A stretch of 64,000 bases of DNA from Bacteroidales bacterium (GCA_963676725.1 OY781463.1:1550991-1614990), one strand, 5' to 3'. Positions 48,462-58,752 are shown, numbered from the stretch's first letter. Numbers and translations are program-made. The notes: a model not told the origin generated them from the letters alone.

Positions 48462-49112
48462 TTATGAGAAATTTCCGTGCTTTTTCACAAAATAGGCTAC
48501 TTTTTCAATAGAAGTGATCATATCGTATTCTTCGAGATAAATATGCGGGGGCACATTTAAGGGTTTTGGCGTATAATTGAGTATGCCTTTCACGCCGGCC
48601 AGTACTAAGCGTTCGCAAACCATTGGTGCTTGCTCGGCAGGCACTGTAATGATGCCGATGGAAATATTATTTTCCCGCACCATATCATCTAAATGATCAA
48701 TTGCATAGCAATGCACTCCGGCATATGTTTTATCGATTTTCTCAGGATTATTATCGAATCCTGCGATAATGCGTAACCGAGATCGTTTTCCATTAAAATA
48801 CCCGATAAGGGATCGCCCAAGATTGCCAATGCCGATAATCGCAACGCTTAGTCCGTCCTCTGTGTCTAAAATATTGCCAATCAAATCAATCAGCTCTTTT
48901 ACATCATATCCTTTGCGCAATGTGCCCGTATAACCAATCAGCATGATGTCCCGACGTACCTGAACAGGTGTAATATGATGTATATGAGCTATTTCATGAG
49001 AGAATATATGTTGTTTCCCTTTGGAAAGGCAATTCAATAAATTTCTTCTGTACTGACTAAGCCTTTCAACTGTTTTATCAGGTAAATTTTTCATTGGTGT
49101 ATATTGCTGCAT
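48462..49112 (-). CDS. rex: Redox-sensing repressor Rex
   Basis: ERLSQYRR, QVRRD, GY, GIGNLG Rossmann motif, ILNYTP. Confidence 0.92.
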   Translation of the reverse strand: MQQYTPMKNLPDKTVERLSQYRRNLLNCLSKGKQHIFSHEIAHIHHITPVQVRRDIMLIGYTGTLRKGYDVKELIDLIGNILDTEDGLSVAIIGIGNLGRSLIGYFNGKRSRLRIIAGFDNNPEKIDKTYAGVHCYAIDHLDDMVRENNISIGIITVPAEQAPMVCERLVLAGVKGILNYTPKPLNVPPHIYLEEYDMITSIEKVAYFVKKHGNFS

Positions 49113-50239
49113 TAATTGCTTTTTACAGGCAATGTAACAGTGAAAGTAGTACCAATATCGGGTGTACTCTCGAGTTTTACATCACCATTATATGTTTCAG
49201 TGAGTTTTTTCAAAATAGACAGGCCTAATCCACTGCCGGTTATATTCCTTGTTTTTGCATTTTTTATTCGAACAAAATCCTTAAACAGCCTGGCCATTTC
49301 TTCTTCATTCATACCAATGCCTGTATCTGCAACTTTAATGCACAACTCCTGATCATCGAGAGTAATCGTACAATCTACTTTTCCTCCATCGCGATTGTAT
49401 TTTACTGCATTGGATATGAGATTGTTAAAAATAATTTCAATTTCACCCGGATCTGCAGGATAATTGACTTCGTCTTTGGCAATCAGTTTTATTTTTACAT
49501 CGCGCTGAATCGCATAAGGCATTATTGTATCAATGGCATCCTTTGCTATTTTGGTGATGTTCAACTCCTTTATTTCTTTCTCTTTTTTTCCTGATTCCAG
49601 TTTTGTCATATCCAAAAGATCGAGAATTAGATTGCGCATGCCTTTGATACGCTGAATACTTCGATCGAATACGGCATCATAGTCTTCCAGCTTATCGCCC
49701 AATTGCCTTTCCATGGCCATTTTTAAATAGCCTTCAATGGCATTGATTGGCGCTTTTAGTTCGTGCGAAAGCACCGATAAAAACTGAAAGCGTATTTGCC
49801 TGCCATCATCAGCAAGCTGTTTGGTCATGCGAACAAGAAAAACGTGCTTTGTAATGCTTTCTATGGCTGATTTTAGCTCCTGTGGTGTAAAAGGTTTTGG
49901 GATAAAATCGTGGGCACCATCGCGTGTAGCTTTTACTGCCAAATCGAGTGAAGCATAAGAAGTAATCATGATGACCACAATATCATATTGCCTTTTACGA
50001 ACATATTCGAGGACTTCAATGCCTTGAATGCCCGGAAGTTTATTGTCGAGAAGTATGATGTCGGGTTTTTTTTCTTCGATGCGTTCTATGGCTTCTTCAC
50101 CGGTTGCTGCATCTATAATATTAAAACGGAATGGCTCATCCATAAATGGATAATCCACCTGAAAATTTCGTAAAATACGATTGATTCCAGACCTGATAAA
50201 CGGTTCATCGTCAACGACAAGTATATCTAAAATAGCCAT
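49112..50239 (-). CDS. REC-histidine kinase hybrid
   Basis: REC (LLDNKLP); LSHELKAP; NLISNAVKY; GSGLGL. Confidence 0.92.
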   Translation of the reverse strand: MAILDILVVDDEPFIRSGINRILRNFQVDYPFMDEPFRFNIIDAATGEEAIERIEEKKPDIILLDNKLPGIQGIEVLEYVRKRQYDIVVIMITSYASLDLAVKATRDGAHDFIPKPFTPQELKSAIESITKHVFLVRMTKQLADDGRQIRFQFLSVLSHELKAPINAIEGYLKMAMERQLGDKLEDYDAVFDRSIQRIKGMRNLILDLLDMTKLESGKKEKEIKELNITKIAKDAIDTIMPYAIQRDVKIKLIAKDEVNYPADPGEIEIIFNNLISNAVKYNRDGGKVDCTITLDDQELCIKVADTGIGMNEEEMARLFKDFVRIKNAKTRNITGSGLGLSILKKLTETYNGDVKLESTPDIGTTFTVTLPVKSN

Positions 50240-50245
50240 GATTCA

Positions 50246-50641
50246 TTATTTTTGGATGAGTTTTTGTATTTCCCTTTTTAGCTCTTGAGGTTGAATTCCT
50301 TTTTCGAGAAAACGATCGGCTTTAATCCAATGGTAGTTTTCTTGCTCCTCACCATGAAAGGCGATGCCTGTTTCTGAGGTAACTGCTGTCATAATGATGA
50401 TGGGTACTTCGGGATATTTCCGTTTCATTTTGAAGCTCAGCACAAAACCGCTGTCATCATTTTCCATCATAAGATCGAGTATTGCCAATGTAGGACGGAA
50501 TTTTTCAATAATGGTTTCTGCTTCTCTCTGACTTTCTGCCTGAACAACTTCATACCCCCAGTTTTCCAGTAAAAGTTTCAACTGAAAAAGCTGGTCAATA
50601 TCATCATCGGCAATCAATATCTTTTTTTTCTCTGTATTCAT
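50246..50641 (-). CDS. Single-domain response regulator
   Basis: ILIADDD, ILDLMM, IMTAV. Confidence 0.9.
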   Translation of the reverse strand: MNTEKKKILIADDDIDQLFQLKLLLENWGYEVVQAESQREAETIIEKFRPTLAILDLMMENDDSGFVLSFKMKRKYPEVPIIIMTAVTSETGIAFHGEEQENYHWIKADRFLEKGIQPQELKREIQKLIQK

Positions 50642-50645
50642 ATGC

Positions 50646-52646
50646 TTAACTATCAGTATATTCGCTTTTGCGTGGTAAGGTTATGTGAAATTTCGTTCCT
50701 GTTTTTCCTTTTTCAGGATTATCGTTCGATGACACGGCGATTTTTCCCCTGTGCATTTTTACAATGCCGTATATAAGCGGGAGGCCGAGACCGGTACCTT
50801 TTCCTACTCCCTTTGTTGTGAAAAATGGCGTAAAAATTTTATCCATATTTTCTTTGCTTATCCCTGTTCCTGTATCACTAATTGTGATGCTGACTTCATC
50901 GGGTTTTCCTTCAAGGAAAATGCTCAAAACACCTCCATTGGGCATTGCTTCTACGGCGTTTTTTTCTAAATTGGTTAAAGCCTGCATAAACTGGTCACGG
51001 TCGATTTCAGCATTTGTATTGGTGATGTTTTTTGTGAAATCGATCGTTATGTTTGCAGGATGAATGATGGATGCTATGCTGCGCGCAATAAAATCAACCA
51101 TATTTGTTTCAATGGGATTTACCTGATTTTTTCGTGCGAAATTCAGCAAACCGCTCACAATTTTCTTGCATCGGGCGGTTTGTTCTACAATCAGTTCCAA
51201 ATCTTCATATACCGGATCCTCTTCGCTTACTTCATCTTTTAAAATGTTGCTGTACATGGTAATTACCCCGAGTGGATTATTCAACTCATGGGCAATGCCT
51301 GCAGAAAGTTGTCCCATATGTGCCAGTTTTTCACTTTGTTTTAGCATTTCCCGGGCACTGGCAAGTTTGTCGTTGCTGATATTCAAATCCTCAATTAGAT
51401 GATGCAGTTTTTCAATCGTATAGGGGAGGCACATTTCTGTTTCTGCAAAACCATTGGCAATAGCAATGGCATGATCCTCACAGGTATCATAGCCGCAAGC
51501 CCCACAATTCAAATGGTCTTCGATTTTGAATTTCCCCATCGACTCGAGGACTTTTTGTATGATTTCCCTGCTGGCTGCCGGCAATCGCCTGTCTTCTGTC
51601 GTAAATGTCTGGCCCAGATCAATACCTTCAAATTCTTGCAGGTCTTTTTCCCACTGTTGTTCGTCGAGGTTTTCTAATTTTTTGCGTGTATAATTTGTAA
51701 TGCGACTTCTTCGTGCATATCGTTTGCCGCCTTTAGACATTCCCGGGCCCATAATGCAGCCTTCACAGCAGAGCAACTCCAGGTTATGGTCACGGATTAA
51801 TCCGTTTTCAAATTCTTTAATAGCATCGCGGAAATTAATGCGTCCTTCAGCAACAATAACATTTCCATCTGATATATCTTCATGTATTCCACTAGCTTGC
51901 AGTAATCCGCGACTTACAGGAAATACAGCGCCTTTCCCTGCTTTTGGTGGATCAAAGTCCGATGGGTCGATCATGGAAGAAATAATTTTTTTCTCGCGGA
52001 ATAGTTTTCTGAGCTCTGTAAAAGTGATGGCTTCGTCAATTTCCCTGCTTTCGGCTTTTTTTGCAAGGCATGGCCCGATAAAGATAATTTTTAGGTCTTC
52101 GCCATATTTTTTCTTCATCACACGCGCCATAGCGACCATTGGGCTGGCAACGGGAGTAAGTGCTTCAACCAATTGAGGGTGGTAATGCTTGATAAAAAAT
52201 ACAATTGCTGGGCAATCACTACTGATTTCGCCTCTTTCGTCTTTACGAGCAACATGACGTTTATGGTATTCGCCGGCAACAAGGTCTGCGCCAAAGCTTA
52301 CTTCACTAACATAGTCAAAACCAAGAGCCCGAATCATGCCTACAAATATTCTGTAATCATCAATTTCGTTAAACTCGGCTGGAAAACTGGGGGCAACAAT
52401 GGCTGCTACCCTTTCATTGGATTCTAAAAGTGCTGTTGCATAGTCTTTTGTTTCCAGAAAATATTTGGCGTTTTGGCTGCACACTTTGACGCAATTCCCA
52501 CAACCAATGCAGCGCTCATTGATCACCATCGCCTGTCCGTTCATAATCCTGATGGCTTTCACAGGGCATTCCCTGATACAGGTATAGCATACCCGACATT
52601 TATCGGGTTTGGTAAATACTAATTGATTATTGAAGGATCGGCTCAT
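50646..52646 (-). CDS. Group C-type sensory [FeFe]-hydrogenase fused to a histidine kinase
   Basis: 2x[4Fe-4S], H-cluster motifs SSDCP / GPCLAKKAE / ELLCCEGCIMGPG, FeS domain NCGACGYDTC, then AHELNNP and HATPase. Confidence 0.9.
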   Translation of the reverse strand: MSRSFNNQLVFTKPDKCRVCYTCIRECPVKAIRIMNGQAMVINERCIGCGNCVKVCSQNAKYFLETKDYATALLESNERVAAIVAPSFPAEFNEIDDYRIFVGMIRALGFDYVSEVSFGADLVAGEYHKRHVARKDERGEISSDCPAIVFFIKHYHPQLVEALTPVASPMVAMARVMKKKYGEDLKIIFIGPCLAKKAESREIDEAITFTELRKLFREKKIISSMIDPSDFDPPKAGKGAVFPVSRGLLQASGIHEDISDGNVIVAEGRINFRDAIKEFENGLIRDHNLELLCCEGCIMGPGMSKGGKRYARRSRITNYTRKKLENLDEQQWEKDLQEFEGIDLGQTFTTEDRRLPAASREIIQKVLESMGKFKIEDHLNCGACGYDTCEDHAIAIANGFAETEMCLPYTIEKLHHLIEDLNISNDKLASAREMLKQSEKLAHMGQLSAGIAHELNNPLGVITMYSNILKDEVSEEDPVYEDLELIVEQTARCKKIVSGLLNFARKNQVNPIETNMVDFIARSIASIIHPANITIDFTKNITNTNAEIDRDQFMQALTNLEKNAVEAMPNGGVLSIFLEGKPDEVSITISDTGTGISKENMDKIFTPFFTTKGVGKGTGLGLPLIYGIVKMHRGKIAVSSNDNPEKGKTGTKFHITLPRKSEYTDS

Positions 52647-54370
52647 AATTTTTGCTTTTTTCTGAATTCTGGACGGAGCAGTTTGTCATTGGCTCCTTGA
52701 CCTCTCATATTCAAAAATTTGTCGTATAATTCAATGACCTGTGGGTTTTTATATGCGTATTTTATTGAGTCTTTATCGTCAATATCGTATATGGATTTCT
52801 GTCTTGCTTTAAGGTCTTTCTCGCTTCTGCCAATAGGCTGTCCTCCACCATTGATACATCCTCCCGGGCATACCATAACTTCCACGAAATCAGCTGTTAT
52901 TTTTCCTGTTTTTATTTCGTGTATGAGTTTAATGGCATTGGCCATTCCGGAAACAACAAGGCATTTTACTTCGCTGTCTTTTATCTTAAAACGAATCTCT
53001 TTGCGGCCATTGCCACTGCGCATTCCACTGATTTTGAAGTTCATAAGGTCTTCATCACACATCAGTTGATAAAGGCTTCTCATGACAGCTTCTGATAATC
53101 CTCCGGAAACTGCGGGTAATTTCCCTGAAGAGCTTCTAATGCCAAAGGGGTAATCTGCCAGCTCTGCATCCGTATTTTGTAGATCGATGCCATGCAGCTT
53201 GATAAATTTGGCCAATTCCCTGGTTGTTAATACCATATTGGTATCCGGATTGTTTCCGGTAAACATTTCCTCGCGAACCGCCTCATATTTTTTTGCTGTA
53301 CATGGCATTATGCTCACAGTATAAATATTCTCGGCATTAATGCTGCTTTCACGGGCATAATATGATTTAATCACAGCATTAAGCACTTGCTGCGGGGATT
53401 TTACAAAAGCAAGATGGGGAAGGAGCTCTGGTTCGAAATCCTCTACATATTTTACCCATGCCGGGCAATCGCTGCTGAAAAGTGGCAGATCGTTTGCTGT
53501 ACTTTGTTTTAGGCGCCTTTTTAATTGCTGTGCAATTTCAGTAATGACAATATCAACACCAAAAGAAGTATCAAAGACTTTATCAAATCCTGTTTTTCTT
53601 AAAGTGGTGTTTATTAGTCCATTAAGATCTTTTCCGGCTTTAATGCCAAATTCCTCTGCAAGCGATACCGATACCGTGGGTGATACTTGTGCAACAACAT
53701 GAAGTTTGGGATTATGGAGCGCTTCCTGTAATGCATTTGGCCTTGATTTCTCGAGGATTGCACCGGTTGGGCACACCATAATACATTGTCCGCATTCGAT
53801 GCAATTGGTACGGTTGAGCCCTTTATTATAGATTGTGCCAAGGGTCATTTGTTTGCCACGGTTTACAAAATCAATGGCCGACATGCCAATAACACTTTCG
53901 CAGATGCGCACACAGCGCTCGCAAAGGATGCATTTTTCTGGATCACGTACTATGGACGGATCCACAATATCTTTTTTATGCTGATGCTTATTGCCTGAAA
54001 AACGGCGGCCATTTACATTCATTTCTTCAGCCAGGTCTTGTAGTTCGCAATTTCCGTTGCGCTCGCAATAGAGGCAATCATCGGGATGGTTTGCCAATAA
54101 TAATTCTACAATGGTTTTTCGTGCTTTGATGACCCTGGGGGAATGGGTTTTAATTTTCATCCATTCTTCAACAGGATGTGAGCAACTGGGAATTAGACCA
54201 CTACGGCCTTCAACTTCCACAACGCATAAGCGGCAGGCACCTGTAGGCAATTGCGAGCTCATATGGCAAAGTGTAGGAACCCTTATTCCATTGCGCATCA
54301 GTGCTTTTAGGATGCTTTCACCCCGGCGCGCTTTGATTTGTTTGTTATTTACTTCAATATTAAATATCAT
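52643..54370 (-). CDS. hydA: [FeFe]-hydrogenase catalytic-type subunit (group A3-like, divergent)
   Basis: 2Fe-2S, HxxxCxxCxxxxxC, 2x[4Fe-4S]; SSDCPAW, MPCTAKKYE, EVMVCPGGCINGGGQP. Confidence 0.9.
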   Translation of the reverse strand: MIFNIEVNNKQIKARRGESILKALMRNGIRVPTLCHMSSQLPTGACRLCVVEVEGRSGLIPSCSHPVEEWMKIKTHSPRVIKARKTIVELLLANHPDDCLYCERNGNCELQDLAEEMNVNGRRFSGNKHQHKKDIVDPSIVRDPEKCILCERCVRICESVIGMSAIDFVNRGKQMTLGTIYNKGLNRTNCIECGQCIMVCPTGAILEKSRPNALQEALHNPKLHVVAQVSPTVSVSLAEEFGIKAGKDLNGLINTTLRKTGFDKVFDTSFGVDIVITEIAQQLKRRLKQSTANDLPLFSSDCPAWVKYVEDFEPELLPHLAFVKSPQQVLNAVIKSYYARESSINAENIYTVSIMPCTAKKYEAVREEMFTGNNPDTNMVLTTRELAKFIKLHGIDLQNTDAELADYPFGIRSSSGKLPAVSGGLSEAVMRSLYQLMCDEDLMNFKISGMRSGNGRKEIRFKIKDSEVKCLVVSGMANAIKLIHEIKTGKITADFVEVMVCPGGCINGGGQPIGRSEKDLKARQKSIYDIDDKDSIKYAYKNPQVIELYDKFLNMRGQGANDKLLRPEFRKKQKL

Positions 54371-54387
54371 GGGTGCTTTGCTTGCTG

Positions 54388-56316
54388 TTAATGAATGTAA
54401 ATTGCATTGAATTTGCAGGAATCATAACAAAGCCCGCAGCCAATACATTTGTCCTGAACAATAAAATGTGGTTGCCTTTGCGAGCCAATAATTGCATTTA
54501 CAGGGCATTTTCTTGCACAAATTGTACAGCCTGTGCACTGATCAATATCAATGATAAATTCGCGAAGCCCTTTGCAGACATTTGCCCTGCATGTACGTTC
54601 AAAAATATGCTCTTCATATTCTTCACGAAAATGCTTCAATGTACTTAGTACAGGGTTGGGCGCCGTTTGCCCTAATCCGCATAATGAGGTATCGCGAATA
54701 ATTTGTGCCAGTTCTTCCAGCATCATCACCCCTTTAAAGCGCTCTAAGCTTTGATGCTGCTGGCTGTCTTTGGGTTTTTGTGTGATGTTCTCCAAGATTT
54801 CAAGCATTCGCTGGGTTCCTTCGCGGCAAGGGATGCATTTCCCGCAGCTTTCATTGGCAAGAAATTGCATGAAAAATTTAGCAACATCAACCATACAGCT
54901 GTCTTCGTCCATCACAACCAAACCGCCAGAGCCCATCATGGCTCCTGCTTCCAGCAGCGATTCATAGTCGACTTCAGTTTCCAGGTCATCGCCTTTAAGG
55001 CAAGCTCCGGAAGCCCCACCAATTTGAACGGCTTTAATACGTTTTCCATTTCGAATGCCGCCGGCAATATCAAAAATCATATGCTGCAGGCTGGTGCCCA
55101 TAGCCACTTCTATTAGGCCGATATGTTCTGTTTTTCCTGATACGGCAAATACTTTTGTGCCTTTACTGCCTTTTGTCCCCACAGCACGAAACCAATTGGG
55201 GCCATTAAAAATAATGGCAGGGATGTTTGATAAGGTTTCTACATTATTTACTACGGTAGGTTTTCCGTGCAAACCCTGCACTGCAGGATAGGGAGGTTTC
55301 GGGCTGGGTTGTCCGCGTTTTCCTTCGATGCTATTAATCAGGGCAGTCTCCTCGCCACAAACAAATGCACCGGCGCCCACACGGATGATCAGATAGAGGT
55401 TAAAGCCACTGTTCAGAACGTCTTCACCCAATAAACCATATTCTTTGGCTTGCTCTATCGCTTTGCGCAAACGTTGCTGGGCAAGATTATATTCGGAGCG
55501 TATATAAATATAGGCTTTGCTCGCTCCAATGGCATAAGCAGCGATTGCAATTCCTTCGATAAGTTTATGTGGGTCGCCTTCAATCAACGCCCTGTCCATA
55601 AAACTGCCGGGGTCGCTTTCGTCGGCATTGCAAATAAGGTATTTTTGGTCGCTTTGGGTATTGTATGCAATCTGCCATTTTTGTGCTGTAGGAAAACCAC
55701 CACCGCCACGACCACGTAATCCGCTTTTTTCGACCAATGATGTGATCTCATTTGGAGCGTAATGCCTGATGGATTTCTTGAAAGCACTATAACCGCCATG
55801 AGCAATGTATTCATCAATATTGAGAGGGTCGATGCGCCCGCAATAATCAAGAACCATACGTGTTTGCCCTGCAAAGAAAGGCAGCTCGTGTATATAGCTT
55901 ACTTTCTCCCAGTCAACCAAATGCTTCCCCTGAAATTGCCCGAGGATATGCTCTTCATTTACGCGATTATTAAAAGTGTCGTTCAGTATCTTTGCTACAT
56001 CTTCCTCATGCACATGCATATAGGAAATGCGGTTTTTTCCGGGCAACTGTATGTCGAGAATTGGCTCAGCCGAACACATTCCAATACAACCGGTTTCGAT
56101 GACATCGGCTTTAATCCCTTTTTCATTGAGATATTTGAGTACCGCATCTTTGGTTTTGCTGGCGCCGGCAATAAGCCCGCAGGTGCCCGATCCAATATAG
56201 ATGACAGGCTCATTGATTTTTTCGCGGCGTAAGCGGCTTAAAATCTTTTCGTTTTCTTGCGAATGATCTGTGGAATCATTGTGCAGGATATTTTTTATTA
56301 ACTCGCTCGGCATCAA
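54388..56316 (-). CDS. hydB: NuoF-like diaphorase subunit HydB
   Basis: Thioredoxin-like 2Fe-2S, GLRGRGGGGFPT, CNADESDPGSFMDR, FVCGEETAL, ESCGKCIPCREG, C-terminal 2x[4Fe-4S]. Confidence 0.92.
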   Translation of the reverse strand: MMPSELIKNILHNDSTDHSQENEKILSRLRREKINEPVIYIGSGTCGLIAGASKTKDAVLKYLNEKGIKADVIETGCIGMCSAEPILDIQLPGKNRISYMHVHEEDVAKILNDTFNNRVNEEHILGQFQGKHLVDWEKVSYIHELPFFAGQTRMVLDYCGRIDPLNIDEYIAHGGYSAFKKSIRHYAPNEITSLVEKSGLRGRGGGGFPTAQKWQIAYNTQSDQKYLICNADESDPGSFMDRALIEGDPHKLIEGIAIAAYAIGASKAYIYIRSEYNLAQQRLRKAIEQAKEYGLLGEDVLNSGFNLYLIIRVGAGAFVCGEETALINSIEGKRGQPSPKPPYPAVQGLHGKPTVVNNVETLSNIPAIIFNGPNWFRAVGTKGSKGTKVFAVSGKTEHIGLIEVAMGTSLQHMIFDIAGGIRNGKRIKAVQIGGASGACLKGDDLETEVDYESLLEAGAMMGSGGLVVMDEDSCMVDVAKFFMQFLANESCGKCIPCREGTQRMLEILENITQKPKDSQQHQSLERFKGVMMLEELAQIIRDTSLCGLGQTAPNPVLSTLKHFREEYEEHIFERTCRANVCKGLREFIIDIDQCTGCTICARKCPVNAIIGSQRQPHFIVQDKCIGCGLCYDSCKFNAIYIH

Positions 56317-56319
56317 TAT

Positions 56320-56778
56320 TTATTTTTTTCGGTATTCATCAATAATGCTTTTTAGCATATCGGCATTAATTTTTTCAAAATAATCGCCATTTATAGCAAT
56401 AACGGGAGCAAGACTGCATGCCCCCATACAGGTGCTTACTTCGAGACTGAACAGCCCGTCGCGTGTAGTTTGGCCATCTTTGATGTCAAGCATCTTTTCC
56501 AGCTCGTTCAGCACAGAGAGTGAACCATTAATATGACAGGCTGTTCCACGACATACACGGATGTGATAACGGCCTTTTGGTGAAAACCTGAATTGATTAT
56601 AGAATGTGGCAATGCAATAGATTTTGCTGCTCGGAATACTCAGATAATCAGAAACTTCCTGAATATTCTGCTGTGATAAATAACCATATTTTTCCTGCAC
56701 ATCCTGTAATAAAGGTATGAGACTGCCCGAATCCAGTCGTGTATGTCTGCTTAAAAGGTCTTTGATCCCTTCGCTCAT
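56320..56778 (-). CDS. hydC: NuoE-like 2Fe-2S subunit HydC
   Basis: ATFYNQF, VCRGTACH, CMGACSLAP. Confidence 0.92.
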   Translation of the reverse strand: MSEGIKDLLSRHTRLDSGSLIPLLQDVQEKYGYLSQQNIQEVSDYLSIPSSKIYCIATFYNQFRFSPKGRYHIRVCRGTACHINGSLSVLNELEKMLDIKDGQTTRDGLFSLEVSTCMGACSLAPVIAINGDYFEKINADMLKSIIDEYRKK

Positions 56779-56842
56779 TTATTATCCTATTTAAGAATTT
56801 GTTGTTTTCTTATGATCAACCATCGGCCAATCGTTCTCGGAA

Positions 56843-56899
56843 CAAAAGTATTAAAATAATACCACTGTTACAAAAATAACAGTGTTAATTTAATAACAT
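56843..56899 (-). promoter_or_regulatory. hyd operon promoter with two tandem Rex-like operators
   Basis: Minus strand TTTG(56871-74)-N20-TACTTTTG(56843-50); palindromes CTGTTACAAAAATAACAG (56865-82) and GTGTTAATTTAATAACAT (56882-99). Confidence 0.7.
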
Positions 56900-57014
56900 G
56901 GCTTGTGAATGCCCTTTGTTTTTGGAATAAGAGGGCATATGTGTTCTAATAAATTCATTTACTGAATAATATCTAAACAACAATCTGAAAGGGGGTGAGC
57001 GAGTTAATTGAAGC

Positions 57015-57416
57015 CTATTTCTCTAGAGTCACTAGCTCTGCTCCACTGTTTTTATAAACATGGCAGGCGTCTGCTTCTATAACAAAGTCTTCTTGCACTG
57101 CTGTTTTGCCATCAATTATTCCAATAAAAATAAAAGTCTCCTTCTTGCCTTGCAAACTTTTTTGGAAGTTGTCGTCGAGTACAGTATAATTCTGTATGCT
57201 CGTTTTTGGAAGTCTTTGCGTTGGACGAATTGTGTCGCCGGTTTTGACGCGGAGTGTATAATAATCCTCCAATTCAGGACCATCTATGGCTATGGTAATC
57301 ATTCGAAATTCTTCAGTGCAAATAATCTCTTTGGTCTTTTGATTGCAGGCAGTGCTTATTATACCTAAAAATACTATAAAAATGAGTTGTATTGATCTTG
57401 TTTTCATCTGTTTCAT
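57015..57416 (-). CDS. Hypothetical lipoprotein
   Basis: Lipobox STAC; CTEEF...CHV. Confidence 0.75.
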   Translation of the reverse strand: MKQMKTRSIQLIFIVFLGIISTACNQKTKEIICTEEFRMITIAIDGPELEDYYTLRVKTGDTIRPTQRLPKTSIQNYTVLDDNFQKSLQGKKETFIFIGIIDGKTAVQEDFVIEADACHVYKNSGAELVTLEK

Positions 57417-57572
57417 GTTTTTTTATTCGTGAATTTTACCAAATTTTAATCGGGATTAATTACATTTTAATGTGTACAATTGCATATTTACTTCAATTTC
57501 AAACAATCAAAATGCATCCCTGACTTCTGACTGCAAAATACATAAAAATGTTTGAACCAGAGCAATTCATTT

Positions 57573-58544
57573 TTAACCTTCTGTCCCGTTTTTCCACTCA
57601 TTCAAATTTTCCTGCACAGCAATACCAAAAGCATTGATATTATTCGCTTTTTTGATGCGTTTGTATGCCTTATGCGGATTAATGCAGAGATTCGAGAAGT
57701 ATTCCCAATAGGCTGTCATTCGTTGCAAGAGGTGTTTATCGCCACTCAGGTATTCGCCATAATTGACCATGAGATCATTATGGAACTCACGGAATCTTTG
57801 CAATGCCTGATCGGGGAGGAGGGCTTCATCTTTTTTCAGCATTTCCGCTAGAAATGGTTGTGAAATCAGTCCACGCCCCAGCATCCATGTGTTTATGCTT
57901 GGAAAACGCTGCTGTAATTGAGTAAAGCCTTCATTATTAATAATATCACCATTATATACCAGCTTGTGTTTGCTCTGGCTCAAGCAGGCTTCAAAGGCAT
58001 CCGGATTTGCAAGGCCTTTGTACATTTGCAGGCCTGTTCTGGCATGGATAATGATACTGCTCAGTGGAAAAGAATCAAGTTGGGGAAGCAGCTGCAGAAG
58101 TTCGTCGGGATTTGTATAGCCAAGCCGTACCTTTAAGGAAATCGATGTTTTTAGCTTTGGCAAGACTTCTTCGAGGAGTACAATTATGGTTTCAGCTTTT
58201 GCCAGCATTCCGGATCCCATGCCCCTTTTTGCAACCATCGGATACGGGCAGCCCAAGTTCCAATTGATTTCTGAATATCCCAAAGAGGCTATATATTCGC
58301 CCATTTGCAGAAAATCTTCCGCTTTATTGGTCATAATTTGTGGTATAAGGCGGATGCCCTGATTATTTTCCGGAGCAAGATCTCTTTGATATTTCGCAGG
58401 CAAAATGCTTTTTCGGTCTGCACGAACCCATGGAGCATAATATACATCAATGCCTGAAAAATGCTTTTGGAAAGCGTTTCTGAAAATATGGTTGGTTAGG
58501 CCTTGTAAAGGTGCTAATTGAATCGTAAATGCCTGCTTGGTCAT
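57573..58544 (-). CDS. dus: tRNA-dihydrouridine synthase family protein
   Basis: LAPLQG, NWNLGCP, KRGMGSG, IHART, YNGDI, MLGRG. Confidence 0.92.
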   Translation of the reverse strand: MTKQAFTIQLAPLQGLTNHIFRNAFQKHFSGIDVYYAPWVRADRKSILPAKYQRDLAPENNQGIRLIPQIMTNKAEDFLQMGEYIASLGYSEINWNLGCPYPMVAKRGMGSGMLAKAETIIVLLEEVLPKLKTSISLKVRLGYTNPDELLQLLPQLDSFPLSSIIIHARTGLQMYKGLANPDAFEACLSQSKHKLVYNGDIINNEGFTQLQQRFPSINTWMLGRGLISQPFLAEMLKKDEALLPDQALQRFREFHNDLMVNYGEYLSGDKHLLQRMTAYWEYFSNLCINPHKAYKRIKKANNINAFGIAVQENLNEWKNGTEG

Positions 58545-58752
58545 GTTTTTTAATTTTTGTGCAAATATATAATGAATTATATTGGTGGGATAGAGGTTCT
58601 TCGAAATGCTCCCATTTTGTCTGTTCCAGATCTCAGCTGACTGTTGACTATAGGCACGATGCCTCTGGAGTGCCGGCTCTTTGATTTCGTTTAATAGGCC
58701 AACTTATATGGGAATATAGAATCTGCGCAGGCGCTAATATTTGGCTTTATGC

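Noticed and set aside
54388-56778. Respiratory complex I nuoE/nuoF
   Set aside because: Adjacent to hydA with no other nuo genes; the extra FeS domains fit HydB and HydC
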